32,000 bases of DNA from positions 810,001-842,000 of the forward strand of contig NZ_DS995298.1 in the NCBI RefSeq assembly GCF_000155895.1, written 5' to 3'. Shown here piece by piece: positions 1 to 7,730 of the stretch. Every line of letters begins with the position of its first letter. Positions within the stretch are counted from its first letter, which is position 1. Under the pieces are notes generated by a model, which saw only the letters and a program-made list of their open reading frames with translations, did not search any database and had not been told where the DNA came from. A program made the translations under genes and the position numbers. The DNA is from Candidatus Pelagibacter sp. HTCC7211. GTDB taxonomy: Bacteria; Pseudomonadota; Alphaproteobacteria; Pelagibacterales; Pelagibacteraceae.

Positions 1-82
1 TGGAAGTTTTCTTTCTTTTTTGACTTTGCTCATGTCTACTTTTTCAGGATGAACACCTACACAATTGTTTAAAAAAAGTAGA

Positions 83-427
83 CTACTCAATACCAGTATA
101 ATTTGGAATAATTTCATATCCTCCATCTAGTTTTTCACAAGCGAGCGATCTATATTCAACTGGTATATAACCCTCCAGACCAGTCCATGTATAATATTTA
201 CATTCTTTAGCTATGCCTGCATCCTGTAAGAAATGTTTAACACCATCATCGCATTCAACAATTTCTTGATTTTTTTCACTTATAACTTTTCCATTTTCAT
301 CAACGGTTCTAATAAGTGAAGTTTTAATATTGCAGTATTGATTTTCTTGATTAGCTGAATGAGCTACATCAAAATAAGCTAACCAAACAAAATATCCTAG
401 CACAATAATTATAATATTTTTAATCAA
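83..427 (-). CDS. small secreted Cys-rich hypothetical protein (114 aa)
   Basis: ORF track. N-terminal hydrophobic signal-like segment (IIIIVLGYFVWLAYFDVAHSA) and 6 Cys. 8-nt overlap with the upstream gene 420..992 suggests one operon. Confidence 0.5.
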   Translation of the reverse strand: MIKNIIIIVLGYFVWLAYFDVAHSANQENQYCNIKTSLIRTVDENGKVISEKNQEIVECDDGVKHFLQDAGIAKECKYYTWTGLEGYIPVEYRSLACEKLDGGYEIIPNYTGIE

Positions 428-992
428 TATTTTTTAATACCTCCTTAACTTTTAATTTTAATTTATTAGGTTTTTTATTAGCCAGAACTAATTTTCTTTC
501 GGCTTTGATATCACTTAATACAACATCAATATCTTCTTTTGAAACTTTAACCTTAACGTAAGCTCGATAAGATTTGTGATGAGTAAAAAATATTTCAACT
601 TGTTCAACAACATAATCTTTAACTAAAGTATCACTGATTTTATTAACAACTGTATCCTCAGCTTGACCTGTAATATTATTATCTTCATCAATTCCAACCT
701 CTTCTTTAGTAATACTAGTCTGATTATTCATTTTACCATTAATACGGTCAGCTAGTTTTGCTTTGGCTAAAAGAGTTGATTTTTTTATGGCTAATTCAAG
801 GTCTGGAGAAACACTCGATGCTGTTTCATACATCCAATTCTTATCTTCACGTTTAAATTTTATATACCATTTAGGTGTTTTTGTTAGCTCACCTTTTTTT
901 GTCATGTCCCTTTTAACTGTATAGGTTGAACATTGAGCTAAAAATAAAGTTAATGATGAAACAATTAAAATTTTAAAAATATTTCTTATCAT
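420..992 (-). CDS. putative lipoprotein, possibly LPP20-like (190 aa)
   Basis: ORF track. Signal peptide ends in a lipobox-like LFLAQ-C (Q at -1 is atypical). Its start overlaps the stop of gene 992..1279. The family call is by eye only. Confidence 0.5.
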   Translation of the reverse strand: MIRNIFKILIVSSLTLFLAQCSTYTVKRDMTKKGELTKTPKWYIKFKREDKNWMYETASSVSPDLELAIKKSTLLAKAKLADRINGKMNNQTSITKEEVGIDEDNNITGQAEDTVVNKISDTLVKDYVVEQVEIFFTHHKSYRAYVKVKVSKEDIDVVLSDIKAERKLVLANKKPNKLKLKVKEVLKNID

Positions 993-1279
993 TATTTTTC
1001 ATCCAATCTTGGAAAATCAGAAAAAAAACCAGAAAGTTTATTTTTTACTATTTTTACATTTTTATTGTTTTGGTTTTTTACCTCTTTCCAACTTCTTATT
1101 TGAAAATCTTTAGTCTCTTCAACTTCTTGATTTATGCATTCCCAAAAGAGGTTGAATTTTTCACTAAGTTTATTAATATTATTTTCATCAGCATATATTG
1201 GTTGGATTAACATCAAAATTGCTGACAAAGTAATTATTATTTTTTTTACCATTTTATCCTTTTTTATTGAGTTTTTCAT
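992..1279 (-). CDS. small secreted hypothetical protein (95 aa), first gene of a 3-gene minus-strand operon
   Basis: ORF track. Hydrophobic N-terminus (IIITLSAILMLIQPIYA). ATG at 1279 lies exactly 6 nt after a -10-like hexamer of the operator-linked promoter. Confidence 0.55.
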   Translation of the reverse strand: MKNSIKKDKMVKKIIITLSAILMLIQPIYADENNINKLSEKFNLFWECINQEVEETKDFQIRSWKEVKNQNNKNVKIVKNKLSGFFSDFPRLDEK

Positions 1280-1285
1280 ATTTAG

Positions 1286-1313
1286 ATATTTGCATGAATT
1301 TCTATTTCGTCAA
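1286..1313 (-). promoter_or_regulatory. promoter TTGACG-N16-AAATAT, then N6-ATG (leaderless geometry) for the 1279..83 operon
   Basis: Read on the minus strand: TTGACG (1313..1308), 16-nt spacer, AAATAT (1291..1286), 6 nt, ATG (1279). Same register as the promoters at 7043 and 8581. Confidence 0.6.
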
Positions 1314-1323
1314 CTAGAGGAGC

Positions 1324-1351
1324 AGTGAAATGTTTACAATCTAATTTCACT
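1324..1351. promoter_or_regulatory. operator copy 1: AGTGAAAT-N12-ATTTCACT palindrome in a divergent promoter region
   Basis: Exact 8-bp inverted half-sites with a 12-bp spacer. It lies 10 nt from TTGACG of the minus-strand promoter and overlaps the -35/spacer of the plus-strand promoter for 1368. Confidence 0.75.
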
Positions 1352-1361
1352 TAGGTATGAT
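1333..1361 (+). promoter_or_regulatory. promoter TTTACA-N17-TATGAT, then N6-ATG for gene 1368..1850; buried inside operator copy 1
   Basis: TTTACA 1333..1338 lies in the operator spacer. TATGAT is at 1356..1361 and ATG at 1368. No Shine-Dalgarno sequence is visible. Confidence 0.55.
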
Positions 1362-1367
1362 AAAACT

Positions 1368-1850
1368 ATGTCAGGCTATTCTAGAAAATTAGTTTCATTA
1401 GAAATTACACTCAAAGAAATTATAAAAGATTTAAAAGCAGATGCTTTAAAAGAAATTACTGGTAAATCTGAATCTCATTTTAGAAAATGTAGTGATGAGA
1501 ATGATACTCAAGATATCCATCATATAGATTCAATTAAAATTGATATTGAGTGTTTAAAAAGAGGTTTGGGTAATCCAATGTTAAGTGCTCACGAAGATAT
1601 GTTGGAATCAACCAGTCCAGAGTATAAAAATTTAGATAATGTATCAAATACCTTAATTAACATTGGAGCAAAAATAGGTAAATTGATGGAAACTACTCAA
1701 AAAGCTACTAGCCCTAAAGGAGAAGGGGGCAGTAAAATTTCTGAAAGTGAAAAAAAACATATTAGTAAAGCTCTTAATGATGTTGAAGATAAAATATTAG
1801 AATTAAAACTTATTATTGAAAGATCCAATAAACTTAGTGAAATTAAATAG
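1368..1850 (+). CDS. hypothetical protein, candidate CII/CP76-like DNA-binding regulator (160 aa)
   Basis: ORF track. HTH-like segment ALKEITGKSESHFRKCSDEN. Its own promoter is overlapped by the operator, and its 3' end contains half of operator copy 2. The functional call is an inference. Confidence 0.6.
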   Translation: MSGYSRKLVSLEITLKEIIKDLKADALKEITGKSESHFRKCSDENDTQDIHHIDSIKIDIECLKRGLGNPMLSAHEDMLESTSPEYKNLDNVSNTLINIGAKIGKLMETTQKATSPKGEGGSKISESEKKHISKALNDVEDKILELKLIIERSNKLSEIK

Positions 1851-1863
1851 ATAACATTTCACT
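1836..1863. promoter_or_regulatory. operator copy 2: AGTGAAAT-N12-ATTTCACT
   Basis: Exact half-sites. The first half lies in the last codons of CDS 1368..1850. It is followed after 10 nt by TTGACG (1874..1879). Confidence 0.7.
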
Positions 1864-1900
1864 TCAATCTCAGTTGACGTAATAGAAAAGTGTGAGATTG
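1864..1900 (+). promoter_or_regulatory. -35 box TTGACG (1874..1879) bracketed by the inverted repeat CAATCTCA/TGAGATTG; promoter region of the 1941..6943 operon
   Basis: CAATCTCA 1864..1871 and TGAGATTG 1893..1900 flank the -35 box. The -10 is weak or unclear (GATTGT/ATTGTA). Unlike the other copies, the downstream gene has a leader with an AAGGA Shine-Dalgarno sequence. Confidence 0.4.
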
Positions 1901-1940
1901 TAAATTTATCAATAAAACAATCTAAAAAAAGGAAAATATA

Positions 1941-2672
1941 TTGAATAATTGTGAAATAAAGATGAAGACTGATTACAGAGATATTGTTAAGCTAAATTCG
2001 ATGAAAGATAAAACTGAAATGTTTAACTATTCTCCAAGTGAATTTGCCTTCGGTTTTGAGAGTTGTAAAAGATGTTATTATGATAAAAAAGTAAATAGTA
2101 TTGAACTAAAAGTTCCTTTTCCAGGAATATTCTCAAAATTTGATAGTTTACAAAAAAATTTTTATCACGGCAAATCAAGCAAAACTCTAACTGATAATCT
2201 TGAAGAGGGTGAAATTGTAGGTGATTTTAATAAAATGTTAAGATCAGAAGTTTTATATGATCTTAAAGATAGACCATTTACCATGAGTGGTAAAATAGAT
2301 GCTTATATTAAACATAAAGACTCATTCACTATAGTAGATTTTAAAACTACAAAAATTAATGAGAGTAAAATTGATGCTTATGCAACCCAGCTTCAAAGCT
2401 ATGCATTAATGATGGAAAAACCTAAAGAAGGTAGCTTAAAACTTACTCCAATAAAAAGATTAGGTATCTTTTGTTTTGAGCCAAGTAATATTTCAAGAGC
2501 AGAGAGTAATAATTGCAACATTCATATGGATACACAGTGGTATGATATACCAAGAGATGACAAAGATTTAATTGGTTATATTACCAAAATTCAAGATGTT
2601 TTATATTCTAAAGAAACTCCAGAGTCTGGATCAAGTTGTGGAATATGTAATTTTAGAAAGGTAATGAAATAA
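1941..2672 (+). CDS. PD-(D/E)XK nuclease, Cas4/RecB-like, with 4 Cys (243 aa)
   Basis: Motifs: GKIDAY, IVDFKTTK (D-x-K) and QLQSYALMM (QxxxY). CKRC near the N-terminus and CGIC near the C-terminus fit an Fe-S/Zn cluster pattern. TTG start at 1941 follows AAGGA; alternative ATG at 1962. Confidence 0.7.
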   Translation: MNNCEIKMKTDYRDIVKLNSMKDKTEMFNYSPSEFAFGFESCKRCYYDKKVNSIELKVPFPGIFSKFDSLQKNFYHGKSSKTLTDNLEEGEIVGDFNKMLRSEVLYDLKDRPFTMSGKIDAYIKHKDSFTIVDFKTTKINESKIDAYATQLQSYALMMEKPKEGSLKLTPIKRLGIFCFEPSNISRAESNNCNIHMDTQWYDIPRDDKDLIGYITKIQDVLYSKETPESGSSCGICNFRKVMK

Positions 2673-2968
2673 TGCAAAAACTTTCTAATTCTGAAGTTAA
2701 AGTTACAGAAGTCATTAGTTTTATTTTAGAACAATATAGAAATGAAAAAGTTAATCATGATCTTGAAGTTGCATCTGAATTAATTCTTATTGCTAGAATT
2801 CTTCATCAAAGATTTAAAATTTCAAATGGAACACAGGTTAAAGAGGATAAATCTGTTGTTTTAGCTAAAAATGAAATTCTTAAAGAAATTAAGGATGACG
2901 AATATTATGAGCTTATTAAAAACTTTATAAAAGATTATCGACAATTCAGAGATAAAAACGTAAATTAA
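2672..2968 (+). CDS. hypothetical helical protein (98 aa)
   Basis: ORF track. The ATG overlaps the stop of the upstream nuclease gene (TAATG), indicating translational coupling. Confidence 0.55.
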   Translation: MQKLSNSEVKVTEVISFILEQYRNEKVNHDLEVASELILIARILHQRFKISNGTQVKEDKSVVLAKNEILKEIKDDEYYELIKNFIKDYRQFRDKNVN

Positions 2969-2973
2969 TATTC

Positions 2974-5535
2974 ATGTGGAAGTTCATTAAGTACAGCTTC
3001 AATAAAGCTTTTGAGAAAAATTTATTAAATTTAATAATTTTTTTTATTGCACTTAGTTTTATTGGAGTATTTGTAATATCAACAGTAATTTTTATATTTC
3101 AAAAAATTGGACTTTTATCAGAAAATAACTTTTTTACAGAAACACTATGGCAAGGATTTAGGTTATTTTTTGATCAAAATGCTATTTTTGTTCTTGACAG
3201 TAATAAAAATAATTTTTTTGATTTCTTATTAAAGTTTAACCTTACCATATTTGGTGTTTTAATATTTTCTTCAATTATTGGAATTGTCACAAATTTTATA
3301 TCAGGAAGAATAGAATCGTTAAGATCTGGTAAAACCAAAATTGAAGAGGAAAATCATATTATTTTTTTTAATTTTTCTAGAAGATTAATTCCACTATTAA
3401 CTGAGTTATGTAATGCTTATGTAAAAGAAAAGCAGTCTTTTGTAATTGTAAGCACTGAAGAGCCTTTAACAGTAATGGAAAAAATAAATAGTGTTGTCAA
3501 AATTCCAAAAAATATAACGATAGTTGCTAGGAAAGGTTATGCTTGGCAAAAAAGTCTGCAAGATAGAATTAATTTAGAAAAAGCAAAACAAATTATCATT
3601 TTAAAACCAGATGCAGGTGTGACTTATAAAACTGAACTAGATTGTGATGTTGAGGTTGGAAAAAGTTTAGCATCACTACTTGCAAGTAAACATTGGGATA
3701 TAAATCCATGTAAGGTCTTAGCTGAGTTTCATGATGAAAAAAGAGGCTTTTTATACCTTTATTATTCAAAAGATATCATTGTTAAAAAAATGGAACAGAA
3801 GGGTAATACTTGGCAAGATCCAGATATCATCAGTTCATCAAATTTAAAAAACTCTTTATTAGCACAATGCACTAATACACCTGATCTATCAGAAATTTAT
3901 GACAACTTATTTGGTTATGAGGGATCAGAAGTTTACTTTGTTGATCCAAAGAATGAAAAATATTCTGAAATTCTTAAAAAAAACCAAGGCAAAACTATTA
4001 AAGATTTAAATGCTTTATGTGACAACATAATAATTATTGGATTTTTCCAAGATGATCAAAGACACAACTTAGGTTGGAATAAACTTTTTATTAATAGTCC
4101 AATAGATTTTCCTTTATCAGATAATTTTGGAATTATTTGTGTTGCTAAAGATGAAGACCAAATAATTAATGAGTTAAACAATATAGATAATCAAAGTAAA
4201 GAAGTTGCAGATATTTCACCTAATTTTAAAGAAGATAATAAGGATATAAATGTTTCAATGTTTGATTATAGTAAGGAGAATAACAATCTCTATCTTACTA
4301 GTCTAATCAACTCTATTATTGATAGTAACTATTATAATAATCTAAAAAGTCTTAAAGTTTACAGAGATAAATTTAATGGCAGTTTAACTGATAAAAAGTT
4401 TTTACCAGCTGCACCTGATTATAAAATTAATAAAGATGAGGTTAACCACCCTTTATTAGGAATTATATTTCATATTTTAAAAACTGAGGAAAAAAATAAG
4501 TTTGGTTTTCAAATATACTCAATCAATAAACAATCATCTTTAAGTGAAAAATTAAGCTCAGGAGATACTATTTTAAATATAGCATCAAAATCAGAAGCAG
4601 AGAGTCTTAAAGGAAAATCTGAAATTGAATTATCTTATAAATCTGCACCAGGAGGTGCTCATAAAAAATTTAAAGAAAAATTAATTAAATTAATTAATGA
4701 AAATGAAGAAGTTATTTTAATTGTTAAAAAATCTAGTTCTAAAGACATAGAGTTTATTGAAATTAAAAAAGATCAAATATCAAAAGATCAACAGCAAATT
4801 CATCAATCATTTGAAGAGATACAGTCGAACCGTCAACAAATGATCAAAGATCTTAATGATAATGTAACCTTTGAAGAAAAGAACTTAGAGGATGTTACAA
4901 AAGACATGAGTATGGGCACAGTAATGGAGTATGAAAAAGATAATTGTTATATCTTCTTTAATGAAACTAACCAACAGATCCAAAAGTTTAGAGAAAACCC
5001 TACAGAAGACCATGTAATGATTAATAATTTTGTTGGATTTTCAAACTTAAGACTAAGTGATGGTAAAATGGCAGATCATTCAATGATTACTGAGATTAAT
5101 GGATATAGAAGTAAAAAAATCCTAGAAGACTATAAAGCAAAGTACTTTAGTCCTTATATAGGCAATGATGTAATTGAATTGAATTCAATTGTGAGTAAAT
5201 ACTTAGCTGCAGGTACATTTGATATTAAAAATACTAAACTAATTGATCTTCTCTTTAGTAGAACACATACTGTTAAAGCTCACACATTAGTTGATAAAGA
5301 ATTAACAGCTACATTTTGTGAATTAGAAAAATACTTTCAAAATAAAAATGAAACCTTAATTGGAATAATTGACTATGAATTTGATAAGGATCAAAGACGA
5401 AAAATTAAAAATATATCAATTAACCCTAAGCAAACTGAAAACATTAAATTAGATCAAGGGGATCGATTAATAACTATTGCAAACTTTAATGATTTAGAGA
5501 TAGTTAATCAAAGTAGATATTTACACATATTATAA
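2974..5535 (+). CDS. CASTOR/POLLUX(DMI1)-like RCK-domain cation channel homolog with an inserted middle domain (853 aa)
   Basis: N-terminal TM helices. The segment TLWQGFRLFFDQNA...ESLRSGKTKIEEENHIIFFNFSRRL matches, by eye, the pore/filter-to-RCK junction of CASTOR (ALWLSWTFVADSGNHA...DSLRKGKSEVIEKNHILILGWSDKL). Colinear matches continue through both RCK-like halves to the C-terminus. Confidence 0.65.
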   Translation: MWKFIKYSFNKAFEKNLLNLIIFFIALSFIGVFVISTVIFIFQKIGLLSENNFFTETLWQGFRLFFDQNAIFVLDSNKNNFFDFLLKFNLTIFGVLIFSSIIGIVTNFISGRIESLRSGKTKIEEENHIIFFNFSRRLIPLLTELCNAYVKEKQSFVIVSTEEPLTVMEKINSVVKIPKNITIVARKGYAWQKSLQDRINLEKAKQIIILKPDAGVTYKTELDCDVEVGKSLASLLASKHWDINPCKVLAEFHDEKRGFLYLYYSKDIIVKKMEQKGNTWQDPDIISSSNLKNSLLAQCTNTPDLSEIYDNLFGYEGSEVYFVDPKNEKYSEILKKNQGKTIKDLNALCDNIIIIGFFQDDQRHNLGWNKLFINSPIDFPLSDNFGIICVAKDEDQIINELNNIDNQSKEVADISPNFKEDNKDINVSMFDYSKENNNLYLTSLINSIIDSNYYNNLKSLKVYRDKFNGSLTDKKFLPAAPDYKINKDEVNHPLLGIIFHILKTEEKNKFGFQIYSINKQSSLSEKLSSGDTILNIASKSEAESLKGKSEIELSYKSAPGGAHKKFKEKLIKLINENEEVILIVKKSSSKDIEFIEIKKDQISKDQQQIHQSFEEIQSNRQQMIKDLNDNVTFEEKNLEDVTKDMSMGTVMEYEKDNCYIFFNETNQQIQKFRENPTEDHVMINNFVGFSNLRLSDGKMADHSMITEINGYRSKKILEDYKAKYFSPYIGNDVIELNSIVSKYLAAGTFDIKNTKLIDLLFSRTHTVKAHTLVDKELTATFCELEKYFQNKNETLIGIIDYEFDKDQRRKIKNISINPKQTENIKLDQGDRLITIANFNDLEIVNQSRYLHIL

Positions 5536-5542
5536 TAAACTA

Positions 5543-5740
5543 ATGACTAAGTATGACCTTAAAAATAAGCTAAGATTACAATTAAGTGATGATATGAGGG
5601 AATTTGCGATAATAAATAATTTAACTGAACAAGATGTAATAAAAATTAGAGACAATAATTTGATACCTCAACCCCATCTAGGTTTTTTAACTGCATTATT
5701 AAAAGATAAACATTTTGAATTCTATAAAGAGGAAAAATGA
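5543..5740 (+). CDS. small hypothetical protein, possible short HTH (65 aa)
   Basis: ORF track. REFAIINNLTEQDVIKIRDNN resembles an XRE-type helix-turn-helix. The stop overlaps the next start (ATGA). Confidence 0.5.
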   Translation: MTKYDLKNKLRLQLSDDMREFAIINNLTEQDVIKIRDNNLIPQPHLGFLTALLKDKHFEFYKEEK

Positions 5741-6306
5741 CTGACGAGAATAAAATAGAAAACCTTGATGAAAGAATTAACTTAATTAAAAGTGCTTTTG
5801 AATTTTCTGAAGCAAAATGGATAGAGCCATTAGAAACAACCGAAGGAGATATTGTTGATCAAAAAATAAATACCAAAATAAGAGGAATGTATTATTTCTA
5901 TGAAAATAATTTTTATTTGGGTATTTCTTCAAAAGGAACTATTTATGATAGACACAAAACACATAAACCAAAATTTGATGTTGATTTACATCTTTTGTGG
6001 AAAAATCATTGGGACTTCTCAAAAGTTTGGCAAGAAGGTGTAAAAAAATTTTATCTAGAAAAAGATCCAGGGCCTATTCCATTTATTAAAAGAATTAATA
6101 AAGATCACAAACCTTATGCTGAAGAATTTACATTTCCAGTAATACATAAAATTAATACTGATAAAATCAAAGTTTTAATATGGAATATGGATCATTTACC
6201 TCCATGGCAAATTGAAATGATAGAAAAAATTGCAATATATAAGCTATGGCCATATTGTAATGATGAAACAAGCAGGAGGAGACAATATGAAAATAGACAT
6301 CTATAA
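5737..6306 (+). CDS. GIY-YIG domain protein (189 aa)
   Basis: GMYYFYENNFYLGISSKGTIYDRHKTH (GIY...YLG...R..H), then later EMIEKIAIYKLWPYCN (Glu/Asn of the GIY-YIG core). The GIY-YIG spacing is shorter than canonical. Confidence 0.55.
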   Translation: MTDENKIENLDERINLIKSAFEFSEAKWIEPLETTEGDIVDQKINTKIRGMYYFYENNFYLGISSKGTIYDRHKTHKPKFDVDLHLLWKNHWDFSKVWQEGVKKFYLEKDPGPIPFIKRINKDHKPYAEEFTFPVIHKINTDKIKVLIWNMDHLPPWQIEMIEKIAIYKLWPYCNDETSRRRQYENRHL

Positions 6307-6943
6307 ATCAAAATTTTTTATATTTATGGATTTTACTCAAGCAGAGATTATGGAAATGTCTTTTTCTAAAAATAGTGATTCAGAAAAAAAAATTCTTAGA
6401 GAAGGAAAAAAACATTCAAAAGAAATGACTAAATTATTTGATATAATAATTGATCCTTTTAAAAAAAATGGTCTTGACCAAACAGCTGAAAATAAAAAAC
6501 ATATATCTAGTTTAAAAAAGTATAAAAAAGAATATGAAGACATGTTTAACTACACTCCAAATCAAATGAGAAAATGGACAAGGAAGCTTTTATTGTTAAA
6601 AAAAAATATAATAGAAAAATTTATTCTTGAACAGCACCCAATAAAGAAATGCACCTATAGATATATTAATCCAATGCAAATAGGATTTTATGAACATTTT
6701 AAAATAGGACTAAATCACAAGGAGCCTCAAAAAAAAACAAAGTTTAATAAAGATATTCACTATGGACATCAAATAACAGTAGAGTTTAAAAATAATAATA
6801 AAGCAAATCAATTGAAAGATAAAAAAAAAGCTATAAATTTAAAAAATAAATTTGAAAAGTTTTATAATAAAAAATTTCTTACCCCATATAAATTTAATTT
6901 ATTTAATTTTGAAGATAAGATTGTAATTTCTAACTTGAATTAA
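6287..6943 (+). CDS. Lys-rich basic hypothetical protein (218 aa)
   Basis: The track ORF 6230..6943 was trimmed to the ATG at 6287, which follows a strong AGGAGGA (6273..6279). Overlaps the upstream gene by 20 nt. Confidence 0.55.
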   Translation: MKIDIYKSKFFIFMDFTQAEIMEMSFSKNSDSEKKILREGKKHSKEMTKLFDIIIDPFKKNGLDQTAENKKHISSLKKYKKEYEDMFNYTPNQMRKWTRKLLLLKKNIIEKFILEQHPIKKCTYRYINPMQIGFYEHFKIGLNHKEPQKKTKFNKDIHYGHQITVEFKNNNKANQLKDKKKAINLKNKFEKFYNKKFLTPYKFNLFNFEDKIVISNLN

Positions 6944-7004
6944 ATAATTTAGTCTATTTAAAAGCTATTAACCTATTTAACCAGGATAATAAACGTATTC
7001 ACAA

Positions 7005-7032
7005 AGTGAAATTTATCATTAAAAATTTCACT
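7005..7032. promoter_or_regulatory. operator copy 3: AGTGAAAT-N12-ATTTCACT
   Basis: Exact half-sites, 10 nt upstream of TTGACG 7043..7048. Confidence 0.75.
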
Positions 7033-7042
7033 CCCACCTGAG

Positions 7043-7070
7043 TTGACGGATTACACTTTTGCCTTATGAT
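7043..7070 (+). promoter_or_regulatory. promoter TTGACG-N16-TATGAT, then N6-ATG (leaderless geometry) for gene 7077
   Basis: TTGACG 7043..7048, TATGAT 7065..7070, ATG 7077. Near-identical to 8581..8608. Confidence 0.65.
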
Positions 7071-7076
7071 TAGTTT

Positions 7077-7637
7077 ATGAATACATTTAAATCTAACGAA
7101 GAAAATACTATCAGTAACTTTGTTTCAATTAACGAAGTAATTAACTATGAACCACCAAAATATATTCCTAACTGGGATGGTAGCTTTAATAAGATTAAAA
7201 GTGGTAAAAGCTCATACTTTAGACCCAATAAAGAGTTTTCTATTTTTAATATAAATATTATTAACAGTAACTCATTAAGATTAGATGCAAAATCTGAAGG
7301 TATTTATATTATCTTAAGTGAAAAGTTTAATTTCTTTTATGTTGGAAAAACCTTATCTAATATAAAACAAAGATTACACTCACACATACAAAAGCTTACC
7401 TCAACAAATAACAATAGGTATACAACACCTCTTAAATGGCAAAAGTTAGCATTTATCAGATATAATGCTTTAAAAGAAGAAAGTGTAAAGTTAGATGATC
7501 TTAAGATTAAATTTTATCATTCATCTGAATATTCAATGTGCAGTATTGATGAGCTAGAAAATAATATATATCTAAAATATAAAGCTTTATTGCCCAAATA
7601 CATATCATTGAATGATCCAAAGGCGCTTGAAAGTTAA
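7077..7637 (+). CDS. GIY-YIG nuclease domain protein (186 aa)
   Basis: Canonical GIYIILSEKFNFFYVGKTLSNIKQRLHSH (GIY-N10-YVG...R..H) followed by IDELENNIYLKY (catalytic Glu/Asn region). Confidence 0.7.
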   Translation: MNTFKSNEENTISNFVSINEVINYEPPKYIPNWDGSFNKIKSGKSSYFRPNKEFSIFNINIINSNSLRLDAKSEGIYIILSEKFNFFYVGKTLSNIKQRLHSHIQKLTSTNNNRYTTPLKWQKLAFIRYNALKEESVKLDDLKIKFYHSSEYSMCSIDELENNIYLKYKALLPKYISLNDPKALES

Positions 7638-7730
7638 AATTAATTTTAATAAGTTATTAGAAGGTAAAATATTTGCAGATAAAGATTAAGAAAAATTAAA
7701 AATACTTGATGAATGGATAGAAAAAAATAA

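Noticed and set aside
1-33. Possible minus-strand gene start (ATG at 33..31, MSKVKKERKLP...) running off the left edge
   Set aside because: Only 11 codons are visible, which is too little to support a call.
78-88. GACTACTCAAT resembling the cassette right-end box CGACTACTTGAT
   Set aside because: It matches at 9 of the 11 aligned positions, overlaps the end of CDS 83..427, and has no adjacent 11-mer repeats. It is probably coincidental.
6230-6286. N-terminal extensions offered by the track (6230..6286, 20006..20077, 20194..20268)
   Set aside because: The extensions overlap the preceding genes. Internal ATGs at 6287 (after AGGAGGA), 20078 and 20269 (each just after the upstream stop and followed by signal/TM sequences) are more plausible starts.
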